Shown in pieces: positions 12,495 to 23,512 of a stretch of 64,000 bases of DNA; the stretch's first letter is position 1, and every line of letters begins with the position of its first letter. The stretch comes from Candidatus Adlerbacteria bacterium (GTDB taxonomy: Bacteria; Patescibacteriota; Minisyncoccia; Phycocordibacterales; SBAW01): assembly GCA_903851045.1 (NCBI GenBank), contig CAINNF010000009.1, forward strand, positions 6,525-70,524, given 5' to 3'. Under the pieces are notes generated by a model. It was not told where the DNA came from and did no database searches. It was given only the letters and a program-made list of their open reading frames with translations. Position numbers and translations under genes: made by a program.

Positions 12495-12896
12495 TTGATT
12501 TTCGGACACATAGCGTGCCCCAATTACTAACTAGGTGTATAGGGTAAGTGAGTTCGACCTCGGGAGGAGACCCTTTCGGATCATTAACGCCATATGGCTA
12601 CCCCCTTTCTCTGGCCCTATACAGAGCAGACTACCCGTGAGAGGCAGTGTTGTCAACTGGGGTCGTCGCGGGAGCAGGAGCGAATGCAGCGACCGCAATG
12701 AAGATCCCGTACGCTACACAGATGATGAGGAGAAATCCCGTCAAAAAGAGAAAAAAGGTGCTGGTGAAGTAGCGTTTCATATATTCATTGAATCACAATC
12801 GGGCGCTTTTAGTAATGATGTGGACAACTCAGTGGATAACCCTGTGGAAAACAAGCGCCTATCCCAAGGACAACAGGTGGATGGACTTCTGGATGC

Positions 12897-13961
12897 TTAT
12901 TTTGAGAAGCATTTGGTCGCTGTTGAACAGCTTTTGTTGGTTTGTTGGTAAGCGACCCCGGACAATTGTTTGATAACACTTTGCAGGGAGGCGAAGTCCG
13001 ACCCACGAGTCATAACGCACATCAGGTACGGGTGTCCTGGGTAGTAGACGATGCCGCAGTCGTGGAGCTCCGGTTCGGCTGGAGTGGTTCTCGTGGCCGG
13101 GTCGGTCGTCACACCGAACTTGTGTGCCACGGTGACACCCTTCGGCACCCCCGCCACCAGCCCACTCGTGTAGTGTGCCCGGGACAACAGGTCGAGCGCT
13201 TGTTGAGAGTGCCGCGGAGTTAGGTACGTCGTAGAGTACAGTACCCGGAAGATGAGCGAATACTGTTCGACCGAAAGAAAGTCGAACGAACTTTCTTTTT
13301 GATCAGTCGGGGACGGTATCTTGAGGTCGGTGAATATTTGTTTGAATGCGGCAAGCGTGCTCGGGTCAAAGTTGTCGAGCAATGTATTGAGGGCATCGTT
13401 GTCCGAGTAGACTATCATCTGTGCGATGACATCTTCGACACTGTAGTACTTACCCGACACCAAGTGCGGTATCACCTCCCCCGGCTTGTCTGCGGACATG
13501 TTCGCGGATCCTTCGAACCTGATCTCCTTTTGGAGAAGTGTCGGTTCATCCAGGTTCTCGGACTCGGCATAGAACGCGACCATGACAAAGACTTTCAGTA
13601 GACTCGCGGGCGCATAGCTGGTGGTGCCGTTTATCTCGAACCATCGTGCGGAGTTAAGCAGCCGATAATACACCGACACATCCTTCACACCCTCCTGGGA
13701 CTCGGACTGGTTGATCACGTCCATCATCGCAGTCTTGACCGGGTCGAGCTCTGGGAACGACGCCTCGGTCCCCACCTCTGCTGCAAGGAGCGGACTTACG
13801 AGCAAAAATTCTGGATCGTGTTGTCGAAGGATCGACCCACGAGACTGCTGTGCGAACAGGGTGTGTGGCGACAGCCATACCACGAGCCAACACACGAACA
13901 CACCAAGTACCAGCCCGGACAAGAACATCAGAACGTTCGTGTGTTTGATAATCCTTGCCAC
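12897..13961 (-). CDS. Class A beta-lactamase-like serine hydrolase with an N-terminal membrane anchor
   Basis: S-x-x-K (ASLLK), SDN (YSDNDALN) and a KTG-like HKFG motif. The N-terminal TM helix suggests an extracytoplasmic location. Confidence 0.65.
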   Translation of the reverse strand: MARIIKHTNVLMFLSGLVLGVFVCWLVVWLSPHTLFAQQSRGSILRQHDPEFLLVSPLLAAEVGTEASFPELDPVKTAMMDVINQSESQEGVKDVSVYYRLLNSARWFEINGTTSYAPASLLKVFVMVAFYAESENLDEPTLLQKEIRFEGSANMSADKPGEVIPHLVSGKYYSVEDVIAQMIVYSDNDALNTLLDNFDPSTLAAFKQIFTDLKIPSPTDQKESSFDFLSVEQYSLIFRVLYSTTYLTPRHSQQALDLLSRAHYTSGLVAGVPKGVTVAHKFGVTTDPATRTTPAEPELHDCGIVYYPGHPYLMCVMTRGSDFASLQSVIKQLSGVAYQQTNKSCSTATKCFSK

Positions 13962-13969
13962 GATACTAG

Positions 13970-14683
13970 TTACTGCTTCTGTAGGGCGAGGAGGTCGGGG
14001 TTGTTCGGGTTTGACTTCAAGCCTCGTACAAGGATATCCGCAGCGGCGGTCGTACCGGTCTTGTACTGATACTTATACAACGTGTACAGGTTTCGATAGA
14101 GGTCGATGTTCTTGGGGTCGAGCTGTACCGCCTGGAGATAGTTACTCTCCGCCTTCGGGTAGTCCTTCAAAAAGTTCTGGTACAGGTCGCCAAGGTCGCC
14201 GAAGGCAACCGCGTTCGTGGGCGCAGCTTTCGTCATATACAGCCAGACCGCTTCGGCAGCATGATAGTCCCCTGCTATCTTGTAGTACACCGCGAGCTGG
14301 AGCCACACATCCCCCTGAGCAGGATTCTGCTTGAGCGACGCTGTGTCGGACGCGATATTCTTCGAAATCGCGGTGACCGCATCCGGTGGAAGGTCCGCAG
14401 AGTAGGTTACTACGTGACTGAGGTCAGGCGCTTTAGCGACGGTGATGTTGGTACTGACTGGTGTAATGACCACCCTCGAACCTGCCGGGCCGGTCACCGT
14501 GATACCGTTCCCCAAGTCGGTGGTCGTGGTCGAAGCGGTCGCGCTGGTAGAGGTCGCATTCGTTGTGGTTGCCATAGGGGGCGTGGTCGCTGCCGGCAAA
14601 GTCGACTCCCGGCGAACGAAGAACCCAAAGAGCACCAACGCCACCACACCCACGAAAAGCCACAGTACTGTCTTGTTTTGCAT
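13970..14683 (-). CDS. TPR-repeat protein with an N-terminal TM anchor and a Thr/Ser-rich linker
   Basis: The C-terminal half shows TPR-like repeats (AVYYKIAGDYHAAEAVWLYM..., YLQAVQLDPKNIDLYRNLYTLY). The ATG at 14683 is preferred over the TTG at 14734, which lies inside the terminator hairpin. Confidence 0.65.
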   Translation of the reverse strand: MQNKTVLWLFVGVVALVLFGFFVRRESTLPAATTPPMATTTNATSTSATASTTTTDLGNGITVTGPAGSRVVITPVSTNITVAKAPDLSHVVTYSADLPPDAVTAISKNIASDTASLKQNPAQGDVWLQLAVYYKIAGDYHAAEAVWLYMTKAAPTNAVAFGDLGDLYQNFLKDYPKAESNYLQAVQLDPKNIDLYRNLYTLYKYQYKTGTTAAADILVRGLKSNPNNPDLLALQKQ

Positions 14684-14732
14684 ACAGGTAGTGTACCTCC
14701 CCACCACCCCTCCTGACAACTTTTGGACACAC

Positions 14733-14760
14733 AAAAGCCCCCTCTTCCGAGGGGGCTTTT
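14733..14760. terminator. Bidirectional intrinsic terminator
   Basis: aaaa-gccccctc-ttcc-gagggggc-tttt. Confidence 0.7.
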
Positions 14761-14818
14761 GGTAGCTCTTTAAGAGCTGCGTCCTGTAGTAGACCTCCTT
14801 TCTTAGAGGAGAAGTCTA

Positions 14819-17800
14819 TTACTGGGTTCGGTTCTGGTTAAGACCAACCGATGAGAGACCACTGATACCCGCTGCGTTCGTCCAGTCGCCTGAGCCGACC
14901 TGACCCGTGGTTGTAGCCGAGGTCGAGGTAGCGTTTGGAGACCATACGAAGTTCGATGCAGTAGACCCACCAGGAAGCAAGTTCGTGATGTTGGTCACTC
15001 CTGTTGTCGGAGCAGTCGAGTCACCCAAGAGCTTCGTGTTGATGTTGTACGTCGCACCAGTTGGTGAAACGGTACTTGTCAGCTGGAAGTAGAGGGTCTG
15101 ACCTGCGGAGACCTGGAGCGGTGCTATAGCAAGCGTCGTCGTTGCGGTACCAGCAGTACCGGTCGTCCACTGAGTCGTACCGACGAGACCGCCAGTCGTA
15201 CCAGTGTTCGCAGGCTGCGAGTATCCAGCGTCAGTGTAGGCGTAGAGGTTCACGTTCGCGATCGAGGTAACGCCACCAGAGGTGAGGTTAAACACGAATC
15301 GGTCGAGACCGATAGAACCCTGTGAGTTCGCCGTAACGGTGAAGCGCATAAGGTTACCATCAGAGACGCCGCCACTGGCGAGGCCGGTGCCAAGCGCAAT
15401 GGTTGGGAAGCTCTTGAACACACGTACACCCTGTGAGGTGACCGCACCAGTAACACCATCGATGGTCTTACCAGAGTTTGCACCTACACCGCGTGAACTG
15501 TTGTAGTTAACCTGTACGAGATCTCCTTCGGTGCCAGGCTGGCTGGTGCCGATAGCAGCAAGGTCAGCCTTGATGACGAAGGTCGCGTCAGTGTTGACTG
15601 GGAGTTGGACCGAGGTCGAGAGTGTCGAGGTTGCTGTAGCAGCGCCACTGAACACTACCGTACCAAGGAGCGTACCCGGAGCAACTGCTGCACCCGCGGT
15701 CGTGAGGACGTTGTTGCCAGCGTAGATGTACGCCTGAGCAACATCACCCGTGTTACCGACGAGCGTAAGACCGAGCTTCTGGAGGTTAACTGCCTCGTTC
15801 GTAGCGCGGAGCTTGATCACGTTGACCGTGAGGCCAGTCGTGCCACCTGCTGCGACCGAGTAACCCGGCGCAGAAGAGTCCGTACTAGCTGCGAGCGTTG
15901 CACCTGTTGAAGCGGTCATGGTCGGTGCAGTGCCACCAGGGGTGGTTACACTAACCGTTGAACCAGAGACAGCACCTGTTGCAGAGAAGAGCGACATGGT
16001 CGTTGCCTCTGCACCCCAAGTGTAGGTCGCGTTTGCCGAAGCAGACGAGGTGACGTTACAAGTGAGACCAAGACCCAAGACGGTGCCTTTCGGTACAGTG
16101 AGAGCATTGTCGAAGCTAAAGGTTACATGGTAGGTACCTGCACCTGGAGGTGGGACCGTTGAACTGATCTGCGTACTATTGACGACACGAGAGCCGGTGT
16201 TAAGGGCGGTCGTACCATTCCAGAGTTGGCAGTTGCTAAGGTCCGAGGTGGTCGCATAATTTGCGAGCACAACCTGGAGCGGAACCGAGGACATACGCAC
16301 ATCTTCACCCGACTGCGAAGCATCGAGGTTGATGGTCGCGAACTTGATGTTCTGGCCACCCGCGACGATAGTCTGCGAGGTCGGAGATGAGCCGTTGGAG
16401 ACAACGAGGGTCGCTGCCTGTACGGTCATCGTGTTCATGGTGAAGTCGGTCACACCGATAGCGACATTGTTACCGGTCGTCTGACCAGTGACATTCGTCC
16501 AGTCAGTCTTAGGATTGGTGTCTGCCTGGATAGTCGCACCGTTGATACCAGTCTGAGTCTGTACCTGACCCTCGAGGGTGTAGGTGTGTGAGCCAGTTGG
16601 GAATGCGGTCGCACCACTAAAGGTGACGTACTGCGTGTACGAGTTGCAGTACCCGTTGGTACTGTAGCTGGTCGCATCATCACAGGTCGCGTTGTACGGA
16701 CCAGCGACGACAGAGCCACTCTCGTTCACAAGAGATACGTTCTGAAGTACCGCGAGCTTAGCACTCGTGGTGAAGTGAACCTTAATTGACTGAGCCTGGA
16801 TAGCCTCGCCAGTAAGGTTGGTCGAGAAGCCACCGAGCGGCTGGTTCGGGACGTTGACTGCGATGTTCTGAGCACCGACAGAACTTGCGTTCTGGATGGT
16901 CGAGAAGGTACCTGCAGTAACGGTCACCGTTGAGCCCTGGATCCACGGAGTTGGGTTAGTGCCCGAGACGAAGATCGTCTTGTGTGAAGACGTGCTGTCG
17001 TATGTCGGAGTAATTGCACTCTGGTTACCATTGGTTGGCGTGATGCCGAAGCCATAGGTGTTACCAACGAGGTAGATGTCAGTGTTTCGGTAGATGTCGA
17101 ACTCTGCGTAGGTGTTCGCTGTGGTGTTTGCACCAAGGTCACCCTGGACATACAGGTCAATGGTCTGACCCTTCGGGATAACGATCGCCGATGGGAAGAC
17201 AGTTGAGTAGTAGCGACCAGTCGAGTCAACCGTAGCTGGGTACGACGTACCGTTGACTACAGTAACAACATTCTGGACACCAGATGTTGAACCTGAGTTG
17301 TACCAAGTGATGGACTTGAAGCTCACATCTTCAGCAGAACCTGCCTGTACGCGAACACCGGTGAAGCGGTATGCGGTCGTACCGATCGGCTGACTCGAAG
17401 CTGAGTTCGGGTCGTACGAAGATGACTGGATACTTGCGGTACCGATAGTGAGCGCAGTGTTGATGGTGTTACTTGCGCCAGTGATCGGGAGCGAGCCTGA
17501 GACGGTCGAGCCGGTGTTAACCGCCGTAACCGCAAAGGATGCTACGTCGCCAGAACCAGGAATCGTACCATTAACTGGAGCAATGTTACCCTCGACCCAG
17601 AAGGTCTTGGACGTACCAGCTGCGATAGTCACCGGCGTGCCGATGATAGCAGAGTGGTTCGCATCAAGAACGCGTGAGGTGCCAAGCTGCATACCGGTCG
17701 TAGCGTCGACAAGGATGACGCCTGCGAAGTCGGTGTCGAGCGAAGGACCCTGGCGCTGGACAGTGACGTTATTAACGGTCACTGCTGAAGCACCTGCCGT

Positions 17801-18469
17801 AACGGTGAACGCAGTGTACGGAACGCGTGACGCGCCCTGAGGAGCAATCGCGTTAACCGGCTGCGTACCAGCTGAGACGGTTGCAGTACCAGAGGTGGTC
17901 GTACCGCCGGTGGTCGTGCCACCAGTAGTAGTACCGCCAGTGGTCGTGCCGCCGGTCGTACCTGTGCAAAGGCTGTTGAGCTTCGCGCGGGTCATAGGAC
18001 CAACGTTACCGACCGCACTGATGCCGTTCGCAGTCTGGAAGGCCGTAACAGCCTTCTTCGTAGCAGGACCGAAGGTCGAGGTCTCCATACCTGGAGAACC
18101 TGCGCCCGTAGCGGCGATCTGCGTCGAAGCACTGAGGTTGAGGAACTGCTGGAGTGCCTTTACATCAGCACCAGTAGAACCTACCTGTAGATTGCGAGAC
18201 CAAGTGAACGGACACACTCCGCCGGTCGAGACGGTAGTACCGCCGGTCGTACCGGTGGTCGCCTGGCCATTGAGAGCACTGTTAACATTTGCGATCGTTG
18301 CAGCATCTGCGCCGAAAGACGAGAGGAGGTTCAGAATGCTCTGGACCTGCGTCTGGCTCAGTGCAGCTGCGCGTACCGGTGCTGAAGCTCCGAGCAAAAG
18401 CGCGAAGGCAACTGCGACGCCGGCTGCGAAAGCAACGAGTCGTGTTGTAGAACTCTGAGTAATAGTCAT
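14819..18469 (-). CDS. Very large secreted cell-surface protein (1216 aa). It has a signal peptide, two peptidoglycan-binding-like (PG_binding_1-type) modules and (TTGG)n linkers, followed by a long Thr/Ser/Gly-rich beta-rich region.
   Basis: N-terminal signal 'LLLGASAPVRAAA'. Repeated motif 'GSTGADVKALQQFLN...GPATKKAVTAFQTANGI'. 'TTGGTTTGGTTTGGTTTGG'. Many small ORFs on both strands within this span are artefacts. Confidence 0.8.
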   Translation of the reverse strand: MTITQSSTTRLVAFAAGVAVAFALLLGASAPVRAAALSQTQVQSILNLLSSFGADAATIANVNSALNGQATTGTTGGTTVSTGGVCPFTWSRNLQVGSTGADVKALQQFLNLSASTQIAATGAGSPGMETSTFGPATKKAVTAFQTANGISAVGNVGPMTRAKLNSLCTGTTGGTTTGGTTTGGTTTGGTTTSGTATVSAGTQPVNAIAPQGASRVPYTAFTVTAGASAVTVNNVTVQRQGPSLDTDFAGVILVDATTGMQLGTSRVLDANHSAIIGTPVTIAAGTSKTFWVEGNIAPVNGTIPGSGDVASFAVTAVNTGSTVSGSLPITGASNTINTALTIGTASIQSSSYDPNSASSQPIGTTAYRFTGVRVQAGSAEDVSFKSITWYNSGSTSGVQNVVTVVNGTSYPATVDSTGRYYSTVFPSAIVIPKGQTIDLYVQGDLGANTTANTYAEFDIYRNTDIYLVGNTYGFGITPTNGNQSAITPTYDSTSSHKTIFVSGTNPTPWIQGSTVTVTAGTFSTIQNASSVGAQNIAVNVPNQPLGGFSTNLTGEAIQAQSIKVHFTTSAKLAVLQNVSLVNESGSVVAGPYNATCDDATSYSTNGYCNSYTQYVTFSGATAFPTGSHTYTLEGQVQTQTGINGATIQADTNPKTDWTNVTGQTTGNNVAIGVTDFTMNTMTVQAATLVVSNGSSPTSQTIVAGGQNIKFATINLDASQSGEDVRMSSVPLQVVLANYATTSDLSNCQLWNGTTALNTGSRVVNSTQISSTVPPPGAGTYHVTFSFDNALTVPKGTVLGLGLTCNVTSSASANATYTWGAEATTMSLFSATGAVSGSTVSVTTPGGTAPTMTASTGATLAASTDSSAPGYSVAAGGTTGLTVNVIKLRATNEAVNLQKLGLTLVGNTGDVAQAYIYAGNNVLTTAGAAVAPGTLLGTVVFSGAATATSTLSTSVQLPVNTDATFVIKADLAAIGTSQPGTEGDLVQVNYNSSRGVGANSGKTIDGVTGAVTSQGVRVFKSFPTIALGTGLASGGVSDGNLMRFTVTANSQGSIGLDRFVFNLTSGGVTSIANVNLYAYTDAGYSQPANTGTTGGLVGTTQWTTGTAGTATTTLAIAPLQVSAGQTLYFQLTSTVSPTGATYNINTKLLGDSTAPTTGVTNITNLLPGGSTASNFVWSPNATSTSATTTGQVGSGDWTNAAGISGLSSVGLNQNRTQ

Positions 18470-18939
18470 ATTTTCAATTTTCGAACTGGTTAATAATTAC
18501 TTGTAATCGACTAATAAAGATTCGAACCAAATGAATCTACCCGCCGTGTCCCTTCAGCAATGTCGCGAGCCTCTTATAAAGAGGATCGCTGCTGCTAAGA
18601 GAGCAAGCGTTGGTAGCAAGGTTGAGGGGGAATTTCTGTCGTTAGTCTGGCGTGGTGGGACAAGGAATTTCTGCATGAGCAAATCACTTACTTTGACGCG
18701 TAAAGAGAACACTCCTTACAGTGTTTTCAACAACAATCTTTTATTCAGTTGTCAATGTTCAAGCAGATGCAACCGTGCCCGTATGTACAGTAGCTCTAGT
18801 AAGTATAGAGCGCGGTATGCCAGAACTCCAAAAAACGTCTGTGGACAACGATTAACGAGACCCTTCACGGACCTCTACTTACGTGCCCACACGCACCCAA
18901 AACTACACCAAATGAGGTGGGGGGTCAACGTACTCAGAT

Positions 18940-19674
18940 CTAGGCTTCGGTGATCGGTTCATACAAACTCCATCGCCGCTCCCCCACCCTACGTACAAGA
19001 CCCTTACTTATGAGTACGTTCAGTTCACGCTGAATGGTTTTTTCGCTGCAATTTTTGATCGTAGCGGCTATGTCCTTTATCGACACGCCCTTGTTCTCTC
19101 GGACAAAAGCAAGCACCTGGGTAGACCTATCTTGCTGGTCTTTGGTGATCTGGTGGGTCTGTCCTTTATGTATGTCCTTTAGTATCTCAGGCCCGGCAAG
19201 TGTCTTTTTAACTAACTCGTTCGAGACAAGTGAAGGACGCGACTCCGCTTTTTCGGACATCGGCGGTATGAGAAAGTCGTCCGAAGTGACGAACGGCGAG
19301 AGTCGTGTGCTTGCGTCCAGCTTCTCGGCGAGCGCCTCAAGCTCGTCGACTAATATGCGTCCGGTCTCCTTCGTTATACTATTGTTCGTAGTGAGCAGCC
19401 GTATGGCAGTCATGAGTGCAAAGAGCTCTGCCAACACCTGCGCCAAGTCCATCTCGCCCGCAGCCAAGTGCACTATCGATGTGGGGACGGAGGATGCATC
19501 GGTGACTAGGGCGTGGAACTCATCGCGCTGACTTTTATCCGCATGTTCAGCCAAGATCATGGTGACATGGGCGATACGTTCGGACTTGAGGAAACAAAAA
19601 TACCAATCACTGTGTCCTTTAAAAAGACTTGATTGCAATGCGAATCTGTGGAAGTTGTTTCCTTTGTCTGCCAT
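18940..19674 (-). CDS. Hypothetical protein with a C-terminal winged-helix HTH
   Basis: The C-terminal 'VSIKDIAATIKNCSEKTIQRELNVLISKGLVRRVGERRWSLY' resembles DeoR/MarR-type wHTH domains. Confidence 0.5.
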   Translation of the reverse strand: MADKGNNFHRFALQSSLFKGHSDWYFCFLKSERIAHVTMILAEHADKSQRDEFHALVTDASSVPTSIVHLAAGEMDLAQVLAELFALMTAIRLLTTNNSITKETGRILVDELEALAEKLDASTRLSPFVTSDDFLIPPMSEKAESRPSLVSNELVKKTLAGPEILKDIHKGQTHQITKDQQDRSTQVLAFVRENKGVSIKDIAATIKNCSEKTIQRELNVLISKGLVRRVGERRWSLYEPITEA

Positions 19675-19830
19675 AGTTTGTCCTTTATATGTCTAATACA
19701 TGTCCTACTACTTATAAAGGACCTGTGCAAGACTTTTATTGTCTTTCAGTGTAGCAGTGTCTTTGAGTTGTCACAATATTGCTTTTTTGAGAAAAAACGT
19801 CGTGAAGCGTGGTATGATGATAGACGCAAA

Positions 19831-22074
19831 ATGGCTAAGAAGAACGTCAGAAACGATAAATCGGGCAAAGGCGGTAATGGGCTGCCGCCGGAGACAAAGC
19901 GAGCGATCCTTGTGGTCGTGTTCGGTATCCTTGGGCTTATCTTGCTGCTCGCTGGCTTTGGGATCGCGGGTCCCGCGGGAAGTGACTTGTATACCCTTTT
20001 TAATGATCTACTTGGTGTTGGATACTTCCTGCTACCACTGCTCCTATTCATATTGGCAGGTACGACACTTCAAGAAGAGAGTCCTGGCATATCCGCGTTC
20101 AAAGGGGTTACAAGTCTTGTCTTCGTTATCTCGGGGCTTGGCTATGTGGGTCTCGTGTTCGGTAGAGGCGGACTCGTTGGGGATGCTATCGCCAAGCCCA
20201 TCGTACACTTCTTCGATATCTATGCGGCGCTTGTCTTGCTTGGCGGGTTGACCCTTATCTCGTTCCTCGTACTTGTTGAAGGCAAGATCTCGGTAGAGCT
20301 CTTCTCGCTTATCGGCCGAGCGGTCGCGACACCGTTCAAAGCGGCGTATAGCGTTCTTAAAAAGGAACCGCTTATCGAGACCGAACCAACCCTCACGGGC
20401 CTACCGATTGCACTTAAGGAATCGCCGAAAGATGTGCGTGCTGAGGAAGCTGAGGACGAGGAGGGTGCCGAGTCTATGCCCGCTTCAGACCCGGTCCGCC
20501 CGATCGCCACGACGAGCGCGAAAGAGATCCAGGCAAAGAACTCTGCGGATGCCCTGAAGGCGATGCTCGGCCAGTACACTCCCCCACCACTGTCGCTCCT
20601 TGAGCGTGACAAGGGCCGCCCGGGGGTCGGCGACATCAAAGGTAACGCCAACATCATCAAGCGCACACTTGCGAACTTCGGTATCGTCGTCGAACTCGAC
20701 GAGATATCCATCGGTCCGTCGGTCACCCGTTATGCCATTAAGCCAGCCGAAGGGGTGCGCCTCCAAAAGATAGTCGGACTCCAGACCAACCTCGAACTCG
20801 CGCTCGCGGCGCACCCGGTGCGTATCGAGGCCCCGATACCCGGCAAGTCGCTCGTCGGTATCGAGGTGCCGAACTCCGCCAAGGTGACCGTGGGTCTTGG
20901 TACCCTCCTGGAGGCACCTGAGTTCGCCGAGTCTGCCAAGCCGCTGTTGGTGGGACTTGGGCGCGACATCACCGGTGGGTCACACTTCGGCAATATCGCG
21001 AAAATGCCGCACATACTCATAGCGGGCGCGACAGGCTCGGGTAAGTCGGTGACCATCCACACCATCATCAACAGTCTCCTGTACCGTTGTGGGCCACAGC
21101 AGCTGCGCTTCATGATGATCGACCCAAAGCGTGTCGAACTGACGCTGTATAACCGCATCCCACACCTCCTTACACCCGTCATCACCGACCCGAAGAAGGC
21201 TATCCAGTCGTTACGTTGGGCGGTCAAAGAAATGGAGCGACGGTACAACGTCCTCGAGCAAGAGCGTGTGCGCGATATCGACTCGTACCACCAGAACGTC
21301 TTCATGCCAGCCATGGCGAAGATCCGTCAAAAGGGCGAGCCTGACGAAGACGAAGAGGTACCTGAAGCTATGCCGTACATCGTGATCGTCATAGACGAGC
21401 TCGCGGATATCATGCAGACCTTCCCGCGCGAGCTCGAAGCTGCTATCGTACGCTTGGCGCAGATGAGCCGCGCGGTCGGTATCCACCTCATGCTCTCGAC
21501 ACAACGGCCGTCGGTGAACGTCATCACCGGCCTCATCAAGGCGAACGTACCGTCGCGCCTCGCGCTCCAGGTCGCCTCGCAGATCGACTCTCGTACCATC
21601 CTCGACCAAGGTGGAGCGGAAAAACTGCTCGGCGCGGGCGATATGCTGTATCTTGGTGGCGAAATGGGTAAGCCGGTACGTCTCCAAAGCGCTTATATCA
21701 GCGAGAGCGAAGTGAAGAAGGTCACGGACTTTATCGCCAAGAACAACGAAGCACAGATCCCCGTCGACATGGGTACGGCGCTCGGCGGTGGCCCACTGAC
21801 ACCGCTACCAAGTTCGGGTGGGTTCGGTGGCGACGATGATGAGGGCGACGACGGTGAGATGTACGAGGCAGCGCGTGCCGAGGTTATAGCCTCCCAAAAG
21901 GCGTCGACCTCCTACCTCCAGCGAAAGCTCAAGGTCGGGTACGCGCGCGCGGCACGACTCATGGACATGTTGGAGGAGCGCGGCGTTATCGGCCCCGGTG
22001 ACGGTGCTAAGCCGCGTGAAGTGCTTGAAAAGGGCGGTGGGATGCCTCTCCCAGCGGACGAGGAGGACCTATGA
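19831..22074 (+). CDS. ftsK: DNA translocase FtsK/SpoIIIE
   Basis: N-terminal TM helices, a Walker A (GATGSGKSV), and a C-terminal gamma domain. The start is placed at the ATG at 19831 (MAKKNVRN...); the ORF track starts at 19633. Confidence 0.9.
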   Translation: MAKKNVRNDKSGKGGNGLPPETKRAILVVVFGILGLILLLAGFGIAGPAGSDLYTLFNDLLGVGYFLLPLLLFILAGTTLQEESPGISAFKGVTSLVFVISGLGYVGLVFGRGGLVGDAIAKPIVHFFDIYAALVLLGGLTLISFLVLVEGKISVELFSLIGRAVATPFKAAYSVLKKEPLIETEPTLTGLPIALKESPKDVRAEEAEDEEGAESMPASDPVRPIATTSAKEIQAKNSADALKAMLGQYTPPPLSLLERDKGRPGVGDIKGNANIIKRTLANFGIVVELDEISIGPSVTRYAIKPAEGVRLQKIVGLQTNLELALAAHPVRIEAPIPGKSLVGIEVPNSAKVTVGLGTLLEAPEFAESAKPLLVGLGRDITGGSHFGNIAKMPHILIAGATGSGKSVTIHTIINSLLYRCGPQQLRFMMIDPKRVELTLYNRIPHLLTPVITDPKKAIQSLRWAVKEMERRYNVLEQERVRDIDSYHQNVFMPAMAKIRQKGEPDEDEEVPEAMPYIVIVIDELADIMQTFPRELEAAIVRLAQMSRAVGIHLMLSTQRPSVNVITGLIKANVPSRLALQVASQIDSRTILDQGGAEKLLGAGDMLYLGGEMGKPVRLQSAYISESEVKKVTDFIAKNNEAQIPVDMGTALGGGPLTPLPSSGGFGGDDDEGDDGEMYEAARAEVIASQKASTSYLQRKLKVGYARAARLMDMLEERGVIGPGDGAKPREVLEKGGGMPLPADEEDL

Positions 22075-22427
22075 GTCGACTTTTCCTGATAGTACTCGTC
22101 CTGGTGGTCATTGGATACGGGTCCTTTGAAGCTCGGCGCATCATAGAGGGGCCGACCATAACCATCCTGACACCCGTCGACGGGAGCGCCACGTCTACGA
22201 ACGCACTGCTTATCTCCGGTACGGCGCAGAATATTTCCTTTTTGACGATTAATGATAAGCTTGCGTACACGGACAGAGCCGGAAACTTCGCGCTCACCAT
22301 ATCCCCACCCCCAGGGTTAGCGGTGGTGACGGTAGCGGCGAGAGACCGATTCGGTCGCAGTACGCGAAAGTCCGTTCTTATTACTGTTTTAAATTATTGT
22401 CCTGTCCCGACGGATAGGACGGCATAA
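22071..22427 (+). CDS. Small membrane-anchored hypothetical protein
   Basis: Its start overlaps the ftsK stop (ATGA). It has an N-terminal TM helix. Confidence 0.45.
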   Translation: MSRLFLIVLVLVVIGYGSFEARRIIEGPTITILTPVDGSATSTNALLISGTAQNISFLTINDKLAYTDRAGNFALTISPPPGLAVVTVAARDRFGRSTRKSVLITVLNYCPVPTDRTA

Positions 22428-22432
22428 CCTCT

Positions 22433-23506
22433 ATGGCTAAAGACAAGGCGAAGAAGGTGATGGGTTCCCCGGACGCTCCCGACACGAGCGCCATCGATGC
22501 GGCTATTCGAGAAATTAAAACAAAGTTCGGCGACGAAGCTATCATGAAGCTCGGCGAGCAGCCGAAGGTCAACATCGACGCTATCCCTTCGGGCTCGGTC
22601 GGGCTCGATTGGGCGCTCGGTATCGGGGGGTACCCGCGTGGGCGTATTATCGAGATCTTTGGCCCAGAATCATCCGGCAAGACGACCTTGTCGCTCCATG
22701 CGATAGCCGAAGCCCAGAAGAAAGGGGGTATTTGCGCGTTCATCGACGCAGAACACGCGCTCGACCCGGAGTACGCCCGCAAGATTGGGGTCAAGCTCAA
22801 TGAGCTCTTGATCTCGCAACCGGACACTGGCGAGCAGGCGCTCGAGATCGTCGAGTCACTTGTCCGTTCAGGGAAGATCGACCTTATCATCATCGACTCG
22901 GTCGCAGCGCTCACACCCAAGGACGAGATTGAGGGCGACATGGGCCAGAGCCATGTCGGCAAGCAGGCACGCCTCATGAGCCAAGCGCTGCGCAAGCTCA
23001 CCGCTATCACCTCCAAATCGAAGACAATCGTCGTCTTTATCAACCAGATACGTATGCAGATCGGTGTCATGTTCGGCAACCCAGAGACCACGCCAGGCGG
23101 TAAGGCGCTCAAGTTCTACACCTCGGTCCGTCTCGATATACGCCGTATCGCACAGATAAAAAAGGGCGAGGAGGTCGTCGGTGGCCGCCACCGCGTCAAG
23201 GTGGTTAAGAATAAGGTCGCCGCACCCTTCCGCAAGGTGGAATTCGATCTTCTCTACAACGAAGGTATTTCGAGCGAGGGAGAGCTCCTCGCGCTTGGCG
23301 AGAGTCTTGGGTTGGTCAAAAAATCCGGCAGCTCCTACTCCTATGGCGAGGAGAAGCTCGGCCGCGGCTATGACGCATCGCGCACTTACCTGCGCGAGAA
23401 TAAAAAGGTCGCGAACGAACTCCTCAAAGAGATCAAGAAGGCGCTCGACAACAGCACCACCGGCGTTGCGGTCAAGACGAGCGGTGGTGCAGATGCGGAC
23501 GAATAG
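22433..23506 (+). CDS. recA: Recombinase RecA
   Basis: '[17 protein letters not shown]', '[10 protein letters not shown]', and the L2 loop region. Confidence 0.95.
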   Translation: MAKDKAKKVMGSPDAPDTSAIDAAIREIKTKFGDEAIMKLGEQPKVNIDAIPSGSVGLDWALGIGGYPRGRIIEIFGPESSGKTTLSLHAIAEAQKKGGICAFIDAEHALDPEYARKIGVKLNELLISQPDTGEQALEIVESLVRSGKIDLIIIDSVAALTPKDEIEGDMGQSHVGKQARLMSQALRKLTAITSKSKTIVVFINQIRMQIGVMFGNPETTPGGKALKFYTSVRLDIRRIAQIKKGEEVVGGRHRVKVVKNKVAAPFRKVEFDLLYNEGISSEGELLALGESLGLVKKSGSSYSYGEEKLGRGYDASRTYLRENKKVANELLKEIKKALDNSTTGVAVKTSGGADADE

Positions 23507-23512
23507 TACCGT

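Noticed and set aside
12535-12951. Plus-strand ORF 12535..12951 in the rplJ upstream region, and a minus-strand 49-aa hydrophobic ORF at about 12631-12780
   Set aside because: There is no SD or conserved motif. The region is more likely the rplJ leader or promoter. The small minus-strand ORF is too weakly supported to call.
14683-14734. A TTG start at 14734 for the TPR protein
   Set aside because: The TTG lies inside the terminator hairpin at 14733-14760. The ATG at 14683, with an upstream GGAGG, gives a conventional signal-anchor N-terminus.
14907-18458. Many small ORFs on both strands within the giant surface-protein gene
   Set aside because: They are antisense or alternate-frame artefacts of a GC-rich, repetitive 3.6-kb CDS. 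The 1216-aa frame is continuous and has a signal peptide.
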